Sequence record: SRR20825006_2923
Strand: one strand, 5' to 3'
DNA: 35,234 bases
The notes under the pieces are model-generated. The model had not been told where the DNA came from. It worked only from the letters and a program-made list of their open reading frames with translations, and searched no databases. Shown one piece after another: positions 9,636-18,768 of this stretch (its first letter is position 1; each line of letters opens with the position of its first letter). Both the position numbers and the translations under genes were made by a program.

Positions 9636-10874
9636 TCAAACTTCCTCTTTCTTCATCATTTTTAGTGTAAACCAACCTAATAATAAAACGATGACTCCCA
9701 TAATTCCATACAACCACCAATTACTTTGAAAATACGGTTCTGAAGAAGATGTCTTTTCATTAACAAGGTGGGCAATTTCCTTTCCAAGCTTTACGGTTTC
9801 TAAGTTTTTAGGAACGCGATCCATAAAATATGCGATGTCGTAGTTGGGTGGAGCAATGGAGCTATTTCCATAAACCATCGAGTAGTTGGCTGGATCACTG
9901 AATCGGACAATAGCCTCGTAAACAGATCCATTGACAGTAACTTTGTCCAAACTTAGAGGTTGATTGTCACCGTTCTCTATGGTTATTCGAATCTTTTTTG
10001 CGATGATGTTCGAGCAATCAAATTGATTTTTTTCTAGCGAACTTAAGGTTCCGTGATACATGTCGCGGTAAGTATAATTCACTCCCTTTTCAGTCACAAT
10101 ACTATCGTAGAGATAAGAAATCGTAATCGGACGATAGTAATCAAATTGTTCGTTCATTTTTAGCGCAATAACGCTTACTGGAACTGCATGAGGAAGTTCA
10201 AAATTGATCGCAGTTTGCTTCTTCGCTTTATTTTGCTGAACAGCAATGTTCTCGACAGAATAGTTTTTTTTCTTTCCTTCAACCACTGTTCGCTTGATCA
10301 TTTTTGGAGAAATCACCACTGGATTCGCAGAAAGAGGAAGCGTAATTCGAACGTAAGAATACTTTACTTCATTGAAATCGATTCGATCGAAGGCATATTT
10401 TGCATATTCATTTCTAATCTTGAGCAATCGATAATCCTCCACAACCGTTTTCCAATTACTTCGATCATTACTTCCTTCAACCGTGATTTCCCAATCATAA
10501 TTTTCCTCTGAGAACTCTAAGTTTATTTGATTGATTGCCTCCGGATGGTGAAATAAAAATGTGTACTCGAATCCACGGGTTGTTTTTACAAGGTCCACAA
10601 ATTTATAGCTGACCTGAAACTCATTTACCTCAGTGCTCGTGTATCGGATTTGATAGGGCGCTTCAATCGTGTCGTTGGAATTTGTGATTCCAAAAAAGCG
10701 AAGATCACCAAAATCTGGACTAACCTTGGAAAACAGGTCATCTGGAATAATCAGTTTATGCCATTGATTTTTAATTCCTGAGATTTCCCTAGAATATACA
10801 AAGCTGTTTTCTTGTGAATTTCCAAAAAAGGAAAGTGATAGAAGAAGGAGAATCAGATTACTTTTCATCATCAT
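9636..10874 (-). CDS. DUF3999-like secreted protein with C-terminal membrane anchor
   Basis: Signal peptide; DFGDLR, EAPY, VEGSND...W, IENGDNQPL and YGN...PNYDI motifs; C-terminal TM. It overlaps the end of the DUF2339 gene, a common pairing. Confidence 0.75.
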   Translation of the reverse strand: MMMKSNLILLLLSLSFFGNSQENSFVYSREISGIKNQWHKLIIPDDLFSKVSPDFGDLRFFGITNSNDTIEAPYQIRYTSTEVNEFQVSYKFVDLVKTTRGFEYTFLFHHPEAINQINLEFSEENYDWEITVEGSNDRSNWKTVVEDYRLLKIRNEYAKYAFDRIDFNEVKYSYVRITLPLSANPVVISPKMIKRTVVEGKKKNYSVENIAVQQNKAKKQTAINFELPHAVPVSVIALKMNEQFDYYRPITISYLYDSIVTEKGVNYTYRDMYHGTLSSLEKNQFDCSNIIAKKIRITIENGDNQPLSLDKVTVNGSVYEAIVRFSDPANYSMVYGNSSIAPPNYDIAYFMDRVPKNLETVKLGKEIAHLVNEKTSSSEPYFQSNWWLYGIMGVIVLLLGWFTLKMMKKEEV

Positions 10875-13503
10875 TATTCATTTTGTTTTGATACTTGTTG
10901 TACATAAACGAGATGACAAGTAAAATCAATCCCAATGCGATAAATACGATCGTTTTCGAAATGGTAGAAAGATGCGCGATATCGTAGAAGAATAGTTTGA
11001 GTAATACAGCACCAAACAGAACAAAGGACGCAATACGCAAGTGAATTTTATTCTTCCAAATTCCAATTCCAACAAGCATGAAAGAGTAAAGTCCGCAAAG
11101 GATACTCAATCCAAGTTTATGTTGACTTTTCGATCCTGACAAATCAAGCCAGTTGATTAATTCGCTACATGCTATCCAGAGAATGAGTCCATACACGAAT
11201 AGTTCGAGGACATTTTTAATCGGTTTTTGACTAAATAGACTGGTTTCTCGGTAGATTAAGTACGTTGGAATCGCTAAAAAGGCCAAAGCAATGTATCGAA
11301 TCACAATTAAGAAGCTTCCATAATTGTACAATTCCGGATATGTTGGCTGCAAGTACGACTCTCTCAACTCACTAATCTCATAAAGACCTAAAGTCAAGAA
11401 TAACACTGCCGCGAGCAAGTAGGCAAATCCATTTGTGATCGCTAAAACTCTATTTTTCACAAAGAATTGATTCGCAATAGACAGAATTCCAACGAATACG
11501 AGTGTATAGATTAACATCCAAATATGACTTATTCGGGAATAATCGTAGTTTTTAATGTACCCATAACCTAAACCGCTCGTATCCACTTTTGATTCCAGTA
11601 ATCGGTGATTCCAGTAGAGGTCAATTTCGAACCTAAATGCGTTGTATGCAAGTACAATAAATACGGCAGGAAGTAATATTGACAAGGCATTGAGCTGATC
11701 GACGCCTGGTTTTTCTTTGCGTTCATTTTTTAGGTAAGCACGATTAATGAATACCATGATTCCAAAACTTGCCGTCACAATGAGTGAAGTAAGGAAGATC
11801 GGATTGAAAATCGGATTCAAGTAACCGCTCGATTTGAATATAAAGGTGTATCCTTCCGTCCAATCGCGGGATAAACTTACAAGAGCAAATACCATTACGG
11901 GATAGGAAATCCATTCGTAAATCTTGACATTCTTAGTGCGTCCAATCCAGAACAATAGTACGGCCTCGACTGCCCAAAGCATAGTTACCCAAGTTCCTTC
12001 TAATTGAACAGGAATCGCAATAGTCAGGAAAACCAACACCATTCCAGCCGTAAGGAAGAATAGATTTCGATCGGCCAGTTTTGTTTTATATAAAATGACA
12101 CTGACGATAAAATGAACAATTCCAACGACTAGTGTAAACAATCCGAGGTAGTTCCTACCAGTCCCATGATCGTCAAGAATAGCGTAGGTTAATCCATAAA
12201 AAATGAACGAATTTAGTAGAATAATTACGACATCTTCTTGTAAGAATTTGTCCTTTTTAATGAGTTTGTACGCGAGAAATGTAGCGTAGAATAACAAGAA
12301 AAAGATTGTTCCAAATGAAATTGCAAGGGAGAAATGCTTTGAAGTGGAATAATCTACGGCGAACCATACGGCGTAAAGGAACCATGTTACTCCAAAAGCA
12401 GAGTAGTAGAGCGCTCTCCAGTTTTTCACGAAGCCAATGATTAAAATTCCCACATTGATAATCGTCATATAGCTAAAAAGAGCAAGTATGTTTCCAGAAC
12501 CGTTACTTAACAAGAATGGAACAGCATAAGCGCCTACCAATCCAATAAGCGCAATTACTTGTCGATTAAATTTAATTGCGGAAAACACAATGAAAGCGGT
12601 AAAGATTACCATCATTCCAAATGCCATCAATTGGGGCATCAGATGGTACAAACTATAGGCGATGAAGGTGACAAAATACATGATTGAAATGGCTCCGCTT
12701 ATGAGCACGGAACTGAATTGCTCGTATTTCAACTTTAGTTTCATTCCTACGGCTAGAATCCCAGCGCCAAGCACATATCCAAGCAAAATTCTCGTTAATG
12801 GACTGATCAAATTGTGATCGATAGAATATTTCAGACCAAAAACAACTCCAATGAGGACAATAACGATTCCTATCACCGTTATAATATTTTCACCGATGTA
12901 TTTTTCTATTGCTGATCGCTCTTTCGGAGCTGCTGGCAACACTGGTGCTTTCGGAGTAACTATACGAGTTGATTCCACATGCGTTGTTGACGATTTTTGA
13001 ATCAATGAAATTCCGCAAGCATTCGTGATGGCAGAAATTAAATCGTGTCCCGAAACAACTTTCCCTTTGTTCACTCCACTCAATACAGAGAGCGTTTTAC
13101 CATTGTCCTTAAATCGACCATTCGCAATAGATGTACCTTGGTTGTTTTCCGCAGACCATTTTCCACTTTCCGCTAAAAGTGCGGTATATTTAGTCGAATT
13201 CTCTGTAAATTCTATTCGAATATAAGCAGTTCCCGATTTTGTTTTCCCCGATACTGCGTTCGAATAGAGGAGTTGAATAGGAGTTAAGTCTACTTTGTTT
13301 TCCCAGTAAGTTCCTTGGTTAGTAGTTGATTCTAAAGGAGCAGAAACAATTTCGGGTGCAATTTTATCGGAGATTACACCCGAACGAAGGGCATTGATTT
13401 CACTTTGTAGGAACTTGATTTCGTCCGAGAACAAAGAATGTCGTTGAATTAATGCCTGAAGCCGCTTGGCAAGTTCATTAATTCGTTCTTCTCGATCAGT
13501 CAT
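10858..13503 (-). CDS. DUF2339 multi-pass membrane protein
   Basis: N-terminal coiled coil, IEKYIGEN..., LISPLTR, many TM segments, and C-terminal KLFFYDI...KTIVFIALG. Confidence 0.9.
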   Translation of the reverse strand: MTDREERINELAKRLQALIQRHSLFSDEIKFLQSEINALRSGVISDKIAPEIVSAPLESTTNQGTYWENKVDLTPIQLLYSNAVSGKTKSGTAYIRIEFTENSTKYTALLAESGKWSAENNQGTSIANGRFKDNGKTLSVLSGVNKGKVVSGHDLISAITNACGISLIQKSSTTHVESTRIVTPKAPVLPAAPKERSAIEKYIGENIITVIGIVIVLIGVVFGLKYSIDHNLISPLTRILLGYVLGAGILAVGMKLKLKYEQFSSVLISGAISIMYFVTFIAYSLYHLMPQLMAFGMMVIFTAFIVFSAIKFNRQVIALIGLVGAYAVPFLLSNGSGNILALFSYMTIINVGILIIGFVKNWRALYYSAFGVTWFLYAVWFAVDYSTSKHFSLAISFGTIFFLLFYATFLAYKLIKKDKFLQEDVVIILLNSFIFYGLTYAILDDHGTGRNYLGLFTLVVGIVHFIVSVILYKTKLADRNLFFLTAGMVLVFLTIAIPVQLEGTWVTMLWAVEAVLLFWIGRTKNVKIYEWISYPVMVFALVSLSRDWTEGYTFIFKSSGYLNPIFNPIFLTSLIVTASFGIMVFINRAYLKNERKEKPGVDQLNALSILLPAVFIVLAYNAFRFEIDLYWNHRLLESKVDTSGLGYGYIKNYDYSRISHIWMLIYTLVFVGILSIANQFFVKNRVLAITNGFAYLLAAVLFLTLGLYEISELRESYLQPTYPELYNYGSFLIVIRYIALAFLAIPTYLIYRETSLFSQKPIKNVLELFVYGLILWIACSELINWLDLSGSKSQHKLGLSILCGLYSFMLVGIGIWKNKIHLRIASFVLFGAVLLKLFFYDIAHLSTISKTIVFIALGLILLVISFMYNKYQNKMNNDDEK

Positions 13504-13715
13504 ATTTTCAGTTTTTGGTAAGCATCAGTTCTCTAAAGATAGAATTTCGCTTTTGATTCACAGAAAGATTCCATCGTTGAGCGTATATTTTTCAAAGCTG
13601 CCTATTTCTAACGTTGAGAAAAAGTCAAGTATTTTGAAAAAATTACGATATACTGTTAATCAATTGTTAGTTCACAGGTTAATTGTGCCTGAATTAACCT
13701 AACATTCGTACTTTT

Positions 13716-14579
13716 ATGAAAAAACTAGAAAATATGAAATTTGGATTAATAGCAGGAATTTGTCTAATTGGAACAACTTCTTTTGGGCAAATTCAAGGCC
13801 CAAAATTGAGTCCAGCTGCTGAGCTTAAGCAAACAGTTGGTTTAACGGATGTTACAGTGAAATATGCTCGACCAGCGAAACGAGGGCGCGTGGTTTTCGG
13901 AGATATTGTTCCTTTTGATGAAGTGTGGCGAACAGGTGCCAATGAAAATACAACGTTTACAACTACCGATTACCTACTAATTGGAAAAGATACATTGAAA
14001 GCGGGAACATACGCCTTGTACACGATTCCAGGAAAGACATCTTGGAAAGTGATTTTCTACAAAACAACTGACAACTGGGGAACGCCAGACGAATGGAAAG
14101 AAGAGTTAGTGGTTCTTTCAACGAGTTCAACGGTAAAGAAAACAGCAAGTACAGTTGAAAATTTCACCATTGGATTTGAGAACGTAACTACAAAGGAGGC
14201 GACACTTACACTTAGTTGGGATCAAGTTCTTGTGAGCGTGAATATGAAGTTTCCGACGGATGAGAAAATGAGCTCAACCATCGAAAGCGTAATGGCTGGG
14301 CCAACAGCAAATGATTATTATCGTTCGGCAGATTACTACTTGAACGAGAAAATTCAACTTCCAAAAGCTCTTGAGTACATTAATAAAGCAATTGCAATGC
14401 AAGAAGGAGAAGCTCCGTTTTGGATGTTAAGAAGAAAATCATTGATTCAAGCGGAAATGGGTGATTTCAAAGGAGCAATTGAAACTGCAAAAGTCTCACT
14501 AGAAGGCGCTAAAAAAGCTGAGCACAAAGGATATATTGATCAAAACGAACGCTCAATTAAGGAGTGGTCAAAAAAGTAA
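13716..14579 (+). CDS. DUF2911 family protein with C-terminal TPR-like helices
   Basis: SP...QTVGLT...Y.RP..RGR.VFG..VPF.EVWRTGANENT and AGTYALYTIPG motifs; signal peptide. The start may be the second Met at 13734. Confidence 0.9.
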   Translation: MKKLENMKFGLIAGICLIGTTSFGQIQGPKLSPAAELKQTVGLTDVTVKYARPAKRGRVVFGDIVPFDEVWRTGANENTTFTTTDYLLIGKDTLKAGTYALYTIPGKTSWKVIFYKTTDNWGTPDEWKEELVVLSTSSTVKKTASTVENFTIGFENVTTKEATLTLSWDQVLVSVNMKFPTDEKMSSTIESVMAGPTANDYYRSADYYLNEKIQLPKALEYINKAIAMQEGEAPFWMLRRKSLIQAEMGDFKGAIETAKVSLEGAKKAEHKGYIDQNERSIKEWSKK

Positions 14580-14616
14580 TGTGATCCTACAGAAAATATT
14601 CTGAGGGAAATATTGT

Positions 14617-14652
14617 TGAGGGCAACTTTTGTAAGTTGTCCTCATTTTTTTT
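14617..14652 (+). terminator. Rho-independent terminator
   Basis: TGAGGGCAACTT-ttgt-AAGTTGTCCTCA (one G-U pair) followed by T8. Confidence 0.85.
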
Positions 14653-14744
14653 GAGTTTTAGCGTGACAGTCGTCCTGAGATTGGGGAAATTGAATTACAA
14701 AATAGTAAATCGAGAATAAAGTGGTAAAGAGGAAGAACGAATAA

Positions 14745-15722
14745 TTATTTATCAATCGTGATTTGATCGACGAGCCCTGCAACTTCAATGGCTCCAGACC
14801 TCCCGATGTCATCCAACACTATTTCACCCTTCCTTTTATCAATCAATTTCACGTGAATTTCTGCAGTCATACTTTCTTCTACGCGACCATCCATTAAACC
14901 ACCAATGGGAGCGATAAGCGCAGTTGAGGATCCGCGATGAGCACGTATTTCCAATTTGTATTTTCGGTTTTCAAGAACGACTTCTACAACTTCATTTCCA
15001 GGAATTGATTTTCTCAATTTTGTAAAATTATAAGTCGTAAACTGAATGATTTCGTTGTTGATCCAGATCCCTGCAATGAAACCAATGAACTTGGTTCCCA
15101 GCCACGGAATTTTGGCAACGGAACATTTCATGGATACATCGGCACGCGAAAAATGATTGGATTGCATCCAGAGATACGCACTTGGAAATGAATGTCCCCA
15201 GTCTTTTTCTAAATACCCTTTTCCTCCTGTAAAATCAACTTCTTTTTCACCAATTTTGAGTGAACCTTCAATAGTATGATTCATACTTACAATGCCGTGA
15301 TAGCATTCCATAAACGGGAAAAACGAAAATGGTCCCATGATGTTTGGAGAATACCAAGATGAAGGCCATTTAACTTGCTCGTTGAACCGAAGTTCTCCTT
15401 TTAGATCTATTAAGTTCAAGGAAATTAGGTCTTCCTTAAATCGATTTTCTCCGATCTTTAAATCAAATGTATTGGGAGTTGGTTGAAAGTCCTCCGCCTG
15501 GAATTTATGATATTTCGCGGTAAACTTTTTGCCATCAAGTACCTGAATGAAGGCTTGCTGTTTACCGGCTTTGTCCATCGCTATTCCTGGAATTAAAGCC
15601 AACGCATGCTCTTCGTCCGCACTGACAATTTTAAAGTACCACCCTTCAAAAAAGCGTCTTTTTTTCTCCCATCCGTGGTATTGCTCTGGGTTGAATAATG
15701 CTCTAATTCTCTTTGTGGGCAT
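14745..15722 (-). CDS. Tocopherol cyclase family protein
   Basis: FFEGWYFK, IMGPFSFFPFMECYHG, GKGYLEKDWGHSFPSAYLW.QSN. Confidence 0.88.
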   Translation of the reverse strand: MPTKRIRALFNPEQYHGWEKKRRFFEGWYFKIVSADEEHALALIPGIAMDKAGKQQAFIQVLDGKKFTAKYHKFQAEDFQPTPNTFDLKIGENRFKEDLISLNLIDLKGELRFNEQVKWPSSWYSPNIMGPFSFFPFMECYHGIVSMNHTIEGSLKIGEKEVDFTGGKGYLEKDWGHSFPSAYLWMQSNHFSRADVSMKCSVAKIPWLGTKFIGFIAGIWINNEIIQFTTYNFTKLRKSIPGNEVVEVVLENRKYKLEIRAHRGSSTALIAPIGGLMDGRVEESMTAEIHVKLIDKRKGEIVLDDIGRSGAIEVAGLVDQITIDK

Positions 15723-15744
15723 AGGTTTTCCGATGGATCAACTC

Positions 15745-16956
15745 CTACGTTTTCTTAAATGGACGCTTTTTTTTGTTGAAGTTGCGATTCTTATTTTTCG
15801 GAGCGGAAGTTTGCCATTCAGGACCTGCACCAAATTCTTCTGGTGGTTGAAATTTCACTATCTCAGATTCTATCAATCGTTCAATTCTATGGAATTTAAC
15901 CATGTCCTTTTGGTTCACGAATGTACACGCTTCTCCTTTTGTATTCGCTCTCGCTGTTCTTCCAACTCTATGTACGTAATCTTCGGCGTCGTGAGGAACA
16001 TCATAGTTTACGACCATATTAATCTCTTTGATGTCGATTCCCCTGCTCATAACATCCGTGGCAACTAATATGCGAATCCGCCTAGATCTAAAGCCGAGTA
16101 ATACCTCTTCACGTTTGTCTTGTTCAAGATTTGAAGAGATTCCAAACGCTGGAAACCCTTTTCTTTTTAAGGCTTGTACAATGTCAAATACTTTACTTTT
16201 CGTCGATGTAAAAACGATAATGCTTTCATAATGCTCTCGCTCAGAAAGGATGCTCGCCAAAACAGGAATTTTCTGCTCGTCGAAGGTAAGATAGACTTTT
16301 TGATCTACTCCTTCCGCTGGTTTAGAGATCGCCAAGCTGATTTCTGCAGGATTATGAAGAATTTTTCTTGCCAGCTGATCAATTGATTTTGGCATCGTTG
16401 CACTGAACAAAAGGGTTTGATGATTCTTTGGCAAATAAGAAATAATATCGCGTAAATCATCAATGAATCCCATGTCTAGCATACGATCTGCTTCGTCAAG
16501 TACCAAGTGCTTTACCTGAGAAAAATTGACATATCCCATTTTTAAGTGGGAGAGTAATTTACCTGGCGTAGCAACTATGATGTCCGTACCTTTTGTCAGT
16601 GCTTCCTTTTGAATAGACCAATCTTTTCCGTCACCTCCACCGTAAATTGTCTGCGAACCAACGGAAACAAAATAAGCCAAACCTTGAATTTGTTGTTCAA
16701 TTTGAATCGCTAATTCTCGCGTAGGCACCACGATGAGTGTATTGATGTTCGGATCGGTTTTTCCGACTAATTTGTTCAAAATAGGAAGTAGGAAAGCTCC
16801 TGTTTTACCCGTACCTGTTTGAGCACAGGCGATAAGATCTCTGTTTTCTAAAACAATTGGAATTGCCTTTTCTTGTATTGGGGTGGCATTCTCAAACCCC
16901 ATGTAAGCGATCGCTTCTAAGAGCTGATCGTCTAGTCCAAATTCACTAAATTTCAT
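15745..16956 (-). CDS. DEAD-box ATP-dependent RNA helicase (RhlE-like)
   Basis: Q motif, AQTGTGKT, PTRELA, TPGK, DEAD, SAT, RGID and HRVGRTARA. Confidence 0.95.
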   Translation of the reverse strand: MKFSEFGLDDQLLEAIAYMGFENATPIQEKAIPIVLENRDLIACAQTGTGKTGAFLLPILNKLVGKTDPNINTLIVVPTRELAIQIEQQIQGLAYFVSVGSQTIYGGGDGKDWSIQKEALTKGTDIIVATPGKLLSHLKMGYVNFSQVKHLVLDEADRMLDMGFIDDLRDIISYLPKNHQTLLFSATMPKSIDQLARKILHNPAEISLAISKPAEGVDQKVYLTFDEQKIPVLASILSEREHYESIIVFTSTKSKVFDIVQALKRKGFPAFGISSNLEQDKREEVLLGFRSRRIRILVATDVMSRGIDIKEINMVVNYDVPHDAEDYVHRVGRTARANTKGEACTFVNQKDMVKFHRIERLIESEIVKFQPPEEFGAGPEWQTSAPKNKNRNFNKKKRPFKKT

Positions 16957-17001
16957 TGTGCATGAAGATACGCATTTTTATTGTCGTACGTATGGAACTC
17001 A

Positions 17002-17217
17002 TTATTCTTCCTCAATTACATTTTTCACACGACCAACTTCGCCTGTTTCCAATCTCACTTTTATGCCATGTGGATGATTCGGAGACTTGGTTAGGATTTG
17101 CGCAACAACTCCTTTGGTAAGTTCACCTGTTCTTTGATGATGCTTTTGTACAATTTCAACAAATGAATCAATGTGAATATTCTGACGATATTGACCTGAC
17201 TTTTTAGCTTCTTCCAT
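17002..17217 (-). CDS. YwbE/DUF2196 family protein
   Basis: VEIVQK..QRTG.LT.G.V..ILT.S..HPHGIKVRLE.G.VGRV signature. Confidence 0.9.
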   Translation of the reverse strand: MEEAKKSGQYRQNIHIDSFVEIVQKHHQRTGELTKGVVAQILTKSPNHPHGIKVRLETGEVGRVKNVIEEE

Positions 17218-17286
17218 GGACTAAAAGTAGAAAATTATTGCCGTTTCATGCCAGTTATCGTAAATTCATGACTCAATTTTTAAGCT

Positions 17287-17841
17287 ATGGCATTAACAGA
17301 ATCAACTTTATTTCCCCAAGGAACAATTGCTCCCGATTTTACTTTATTAGATACAATTTCGGAAAGGGAGCTATCATTAACTGAGCTGAAAGGGGAGAAG
17401 GGGACAGTCGTTTTTTTTATCTGTAACCACTGTCCGTTTGTGCTCCATATTAACGCTGAACTGGTTGCAATCGCTAACGACTTCACATCTAAAGGAATTT
17501 CTTTTATCGCAATTAGTAGTAATTCTGCCATCACGCATCCTCAGGATGGACCAGAGTTTATGAAACGACACGCGAACAAGATGAACTATCCTTTTCCATA
17601 TTTGTACGATTCCACGCAAGAAGTTGCGAAATCGTATGATGCTGTTTGCACACCTGATATTTATGTCTTCGATGAGTCTTTGCGCTCTGTATATCATGGA
17701 CAACTAGATAGTTCGCGTCCTGGGAATGATATCCCCGTTACTGGAGAAGATGTTCGAAGTGCGCTTTATATGTTGCTAGAGGGTGGGAATCCATTGGAGG
17801 TTCAAAAGCCAAGTATTGGGTGTAATATCAAGTGGCACTAG
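17287..17841 (+). CDS. Thioredoxin-family (AhpC/TSA-like) protein
   Basis: APDFTL, FICNHCPFV, YLYD.TQEVAK.Y.A.CTPD and PSIGCNIKW. Confidence 0.92.
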   Translation: MALTESTLFPQGTIAPDFTLLDTISERELSLTELKGEKGTVVFFICNHCPFVLHINAELVAIANDFTSKGISFIAISSNSAITHPQDGPEFMKRHANKMNYPFPYLYDSTQEVAKSYDAVCTPDIYVFDESLRSVYHGQLDSSRPGNDIPVTGEDVRSALYMLLEGGNPLEVQKPSIGCNIKWH

Positions 17842-17869
17842 AGCTTTCTGCGACTTCTTCAAACAAAAT

Positions 17870-17937
17870 AGGGTGATTGACGCATGCAGAAATGGTATTT
17901 TCCGCATTGCAAAACCAAACCGAATGACCTATTTTTG
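17870..17937 (+). promoter_or_regulatory. Promoter with two 22-bp-spaced regulator boxes and a -7 box
   Basis: AGGGTGATTGACGCAT (17870-17885) and ATGGTATTTTCCGCAT (17892-17907), then TATTTTTG at 17930-17937. The layout matches 20605-20694. Confidence 0.6.
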
Positions 17938-17942
17938 AATCA

Positions 17943-18083
17943 ACCGAAATCACTATTCAGGATTTTTAAAACGTTATGGGAGTTACGTAATAAGAATCGT
18001 TTTTTCGGGATGAAATTTCATTCTAGAAAACTGGAAATGAGATCACAACTAGTGGTAAAAGTCCGGTTCTGCCGGACTTTTTT
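17943..18083 (+). ncRNA. Putative structured small RNA (~140 nt), unannotated
   Basis: Lies between a -7 box and a terminator. Folded by eye: P1 17949-17955 with 18050-18056; P2 17961-17998 capped by GGGA; P3 18015-18043. No self-contained ORF beyond a 4-codon MGVT. The 5' end is estimated. Confidence 0.55.
18057..18083. terminator. Bidirectional intrinsic terminator
   Basis: AAAAGTCCGG-ttctg-CCGGACTTTTTT with an A run on the left and a T run on the right, between convergent units. Confidence 0.88.
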
Positions 18084-18111
18084 CTTTTCTATTGATTACT
18101 ATTGGTTGATT

Positions 18112-18768
18112 TTAAGCCTTTAGGATTCCGTGCTTTACTCCGTACATTATGAGTCCAATTGCATTTCTCGTATTGGTTTTCTTCATCATGTCGCTTCGAT
18201 GCTTATCTATAGTTCGCGTGCTTCTGAAAAGCTTGTCCGCAATTTCTTGAGTGGTAAATTCTTTGGACATTAATTCAAGAATGGCAATTTCCATCTGATG
18301 AAGTTCTACATCCTTATTCGCGAAGGTTGGAGTGATCTTCCCCTTATTAATCATCGATTTGATGAACAACTTAGAAACGCGATCATTAAAGTAGTATTGA
18401 TTATCGAGTACTCCTTGGATGGCGAATTCTAATTCTTCGAGATCATCATCTTTGGATAAGTAAGCATTTGCACCATTTTCGATTGCTTTTTCAACAAAAC
18501 TTTCGTCATCAAACATGGAAAGAATGATGATCTTAATGTCTGGATACTTCTTTCTGAGCTCGCGGCTGGTATCAATTCCTCCCATAATTGGCATCTTATA
18601 ATCTAAAATGGCAATATCGAGTATTTCTACTTCCTTACTTTCCAGCAAGGCTTTTCCGTTTTCGGCTTCAGTAATTACTTCAACACGATCAAATTGATTC
18701 AGCAAGTGGGAGAGTGCTTTTCTGAAAATTTCCTGGTCTTCTGCTATTCCTACTTTAATTTTGCTCAT
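18112..18768 (-). CDS. NarL/FixJ-family response regulator (REC + LuxR HTH)
   Basis: IAEDQ, ILDYKMP (phospho-acceptor Asp), LSM, YLSK, and HTH TTQEIADKLFRSTRTIDKHR. Confidence 0.95.
   Translation of the reverse strand: MSKIKVGIAEDQEIFRKALSHLLNQFDRVEVITEAENGKALLESKEVEILDIAILDYKMPIMGGIDTSRELRKKYPDIKIIILSMFDDESFVEKAIENGANAYLSKDDDLEELEFAIQGVLDNQYYFNDRVSKLFIKSMINKGKITPTFANKDVELHQMEIAILELMSKEFTTQEIADKLFRSTRTIDKHRSDMMKKTNTRNAIGLIMYGVKHGILKA

Noticed and set aside
15547-16068. 173-aa antisense ORF and similar shadow ORFs (e.g. 3609-4058, 8813-9172, 34599-35048)
   Set aside because: They lie opposite well-supported genes and carry no motifs of their own.
17960-18076. Five GGA motifs suggesting a CsrB/RsmZ-type sponge RNA
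   Set aside because: Only one GGA sits in an apical loop in my fold, and CsrA is not typical of Bacteroidota. Not supported without finding csrA in the genome.
17884-18123. 79-aa ORF in the gap before the response regulator
   Set aside because: It starts upstream of the -7 box, runs through a strong terminator, overlaps the regulator stop and has no recognisable motif. An RNA explains the region better.
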